Source: Azolla caroliniana
Lineage: Eukaryota; Plantae; Polypodiophyta
Reading direction: 5' to 3'
Assembly: GCA_043228905.1 (NCBI GenBank)
Contig: JBHGNT010001388.1
Location: forward strand, 1-9,099
DNA length: 9,099 nt
A program made the translations under genes and the position numbers. Shown piece after piece: positions 6,797 through 9,099 of this stretch. Each line of letters opens with the position of its first letter. The stretch's first letter is position 1. The notes below the pieces were generated by a model, which saw nothing but the letters and a program-made list of their open reading frames with translations, did no database searches and was not told the origin of the DNA.

Positions 6797-9098
6797 ACTC
6801 CGGCATGGGGTGTCTTACTAGTCCGATCTGCCTCCGGCATGCATCCAGCTTGTCGGGTATCAGCACTTTGGTCAACATATCTGACCCGTTCTCGGCCGTG
6901 TGGATCTTCGTCAGCGCGAACTCCTGGTCATCTACTCTTTCCCGGATCCAGTGATACCTTCGCTGGATATGCTTCGTCCGGGAATGGTAGGCCGCATTCT
7001 TAGCAAGGTGGATGGCACTTTGACTATCGCAATAGAGCCGGTATTCATCTTGCCGGATACCGAGCTCTCCGATGAATTCCTTCATCCATAATATTTCCTT
7101 GCTGGCTTCCACAGCCGCCATGTACTCCGCCTCCGTGGTTGACAATGCAACCGTCTTTTGCAGCCTCGACTGCCATGATACAACTCCCCCTGCATATGTC
7201 ATTACATACCCGAATGTAGACCGGCTGGTATCCACATTAGCCGACATGTCCGAATCGGTGAAACCGTCAAGTTGAGGTTCTCCGAAGCCGAATCGGAGAC
7301 ACATATTGGTAGTACCCTTCAAGTACTGGAGTATCCATTTGACCGCGTTCCAGTGCTCCTTGCCGGGATTGCTCATAAACCGGCTCACCACTCCGACTGC
7401 GTATCCTATATCCGGTAGGGTACACACCATTGCGTACATTAGGCTCCCGACGGCAGAGGCATATGGAACCTTCATCATATCAGCCTTCTCTACTTTCGTC
7501 TTCGGGCTTTGCTTACCGGATAACTTGCAGTTTGCCGGAAGTGTCGATCCGACAGGTTTCGCATTTGACATGTTGAACCGCTGAAGCACCATTGTCACGT
7601 ACTTCTCCTGTGACAGCCACAATTGCTTCATTGACCGGTTCCGGATGATATGCATTCCCAGCATATGTCTTGCCGGACCCAAGTCTTTCATTGAGAAGGT
7701 CTGGTTGAGAGCCTTCTTTAGCATCCGTATTTTGGCTTGGTCCCATCCGACTATCAACATGTCGTCCACGTACAGAAGGAGTATCAAGAAGTCGCCTCCT
7801 TCGAACTTCTTCACAAACACGCAGTGATCGGCCTGTGTCTTGTGGTACCCTTGATTGGTCATGAAGGAGTCGAACTTCCGGTACCATTGTCGGGGAGCCT
7901 GCTTCAGTCCGTACAGGCTCTTCTTCAACCGGTATACTAGGTGCTCCTTCCCTTTCTCCACGAATCCTTCCGGTTGCTGCATGTAGATCTCCTCTTCGAG
8001 GTCGCCGTGAAGGAAAGCCGTCTTCACGTCTAGCTGCTCTACCTCGAGGTCCATGCTTGCCGCTATACTCAGCACCGTCCGGATGGAGGTCATCTTTACT
8101 ACCGGGGCAAATATCTCGTCGAAGTCCACGTGCTTCTTCTGCTGGAACCCCTTCACCACGATCTTGGCTTTGTATCTTGGGGGGTTGCCGGCATCTCCCG
8201 GTTTCAACTTGTACACCCACTTGTTTCAGAGTGCCCGCTTTCCTTTCGGCAACTCCCCCAATTCGTACGTATGGTTCTCATGCAGGGAATCCATCTCATC
8301 CTGCATGGCACTTAACCATTTTCGGCTGTGGGTGTCATCATTCGCTTCTTCGAAGCTTTCCGGCTCCCCCTCATTGGTCAGCAGAACATGCTCTGCATCC
8401 AGAAATCTCCGGGGGGCCCTTCTCTCTTTGAGAGGATATCTCCGTCTTCGGGCTTCGGTAACCGGCTCCTCCATTTTCTCTTCATCTGAATCCGATTCGG
8501 GGTCTTGGCCTGTTCCGGTTTCAGCTTCCTCTACTTCTTCTTTAGCCTGTTCGGTATCCTCACCGTAACCGGCTGGTCCCTCGAGTGCTAACCGGTCTCT
8601 TGTCGGTTGGGTTTGCTCATCGTAGGATTGATCCTTACCGGTCGACTCCGAGTTCATTATCTTCTTCTCCAACTCCCAGTCGGCGAGTGTCTTGTCCTCC
8701 ATGAAGATAATATCTCGATTCCGGAATACCTTCTTGTCAACAAGGTCCCACACTCGGTAGCCGAACTCATTGTCGCCGTAACCGAGGAATATGCATGGCC
8801 GGGTCTTCGTATCTAGTTTTCCTCTCCGGTCCTTAGCTACATGCACATACGCAAGAAACCTGAATACTTTCAGATGCCGGTAGGACACTTCCTTACCGGT
8901 CCAGACTCTCTGTGGGGTGTCTCTGTCCAAGGGTACTGAGGGTGATCTGTTTATCACATATGTCGCCGTCGACAGTGCCTCAGCCCAAAGCTTCTTGGGT
9001 AGTTTTGCATGCGCTAGCATACTCCGAACCCTCTCCATTATGGTTCGGTTCATCCTCTCGGCCAGCCCGTTTAGTTCCGGCGTCTTCGGCACGGTGAA
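6795..9098 (-). pseudogene. Copia pol (integrase C-terminal part, RT, RNase H); one frame of 768 codons with a single internal TGA at 8226-8228
   Basis: ORFs 8226..9092 and 6795..8216 share a frame: ...LPKGKRAL*NKWVYKLK... Motifs include TPELNGLAERMNRT, QLDVKTAFLHG, LYGLKQAPRQW, YVDD, FTDSD, TEAEY, CDSQSAI, TKHI and SDMLTK. Confidence 0.95.
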
Positions 9099-9099
9099 T

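Larger units (their letters stand above)
5998..9099 (-). mobile_element. Ty1/copia LTR retrotransposon (Tnt1/Tork-like), 3' portion (INT-RT-RNaseH-PPT-3' LTR), nested in the degenerate copia
   Basis: INT-RT-RH order on the minus strand, a PPT at the pol stop followed by an LTR, and the LTR motif GGGTTTTCCACGT. The pol sequence closely resembles Tnt1-type proteins (VPYASAVGSLMYAMVCT.PDI, HSRTKHI). Confidence 0.95.

Noticed and set aside
7513-8220. 235-aa overlapping minus-strand ORF in an alternative frame of RT
   Set aside because: It has no recognisable motifs and is explained by GC-rich codon usage in pol. The same applies to the plus-strand ORFs 8053..8568 and 8057..8431.

Overview
Plant-type nuclear DNA made almost entirely of three LTR retrotransposons of different ages; no host gene, RNA gene or CRISPR array is visible. 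(1) 1-3140, minus strand: the 5' half of an apparently intact Ty3/gypsy element. It has a 5' LTR, a tRNA-Arg-type PBS and a stop-free Gag-protease ORF of at least 796 codons that runs off the left edge and is absent from the supplied ORF track. This Gag has three CCHC zinc knuckles, with a ~140-aa nearly uncharged Q/N/F-rich, prion-like segment between knuckles 2 and 3; this is the most unusual feature in the window. (2) ~3366-5997, plus strand: an old, degenerate Ty1/copia element (LTR, decayed iMet PBS, gag with an internal deletion, protease, GAG-pre-integrase, integrase) with many stops and frameshifts. (3) ~5998-9099, minus strand: a younger Tnt1/Tork-like Ty1/copia element inserted into element 2. 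It shows integrase-RT-RNaseH with a single in-frame TGA, a PPT, and a 3' LTR carrying five 54-bp CCGG-rich hairpin repeats. LTR boundaries are inferred from motifs only, because no element has both LTRs in the window. I found no evidence for a wholly new multi-gene system.
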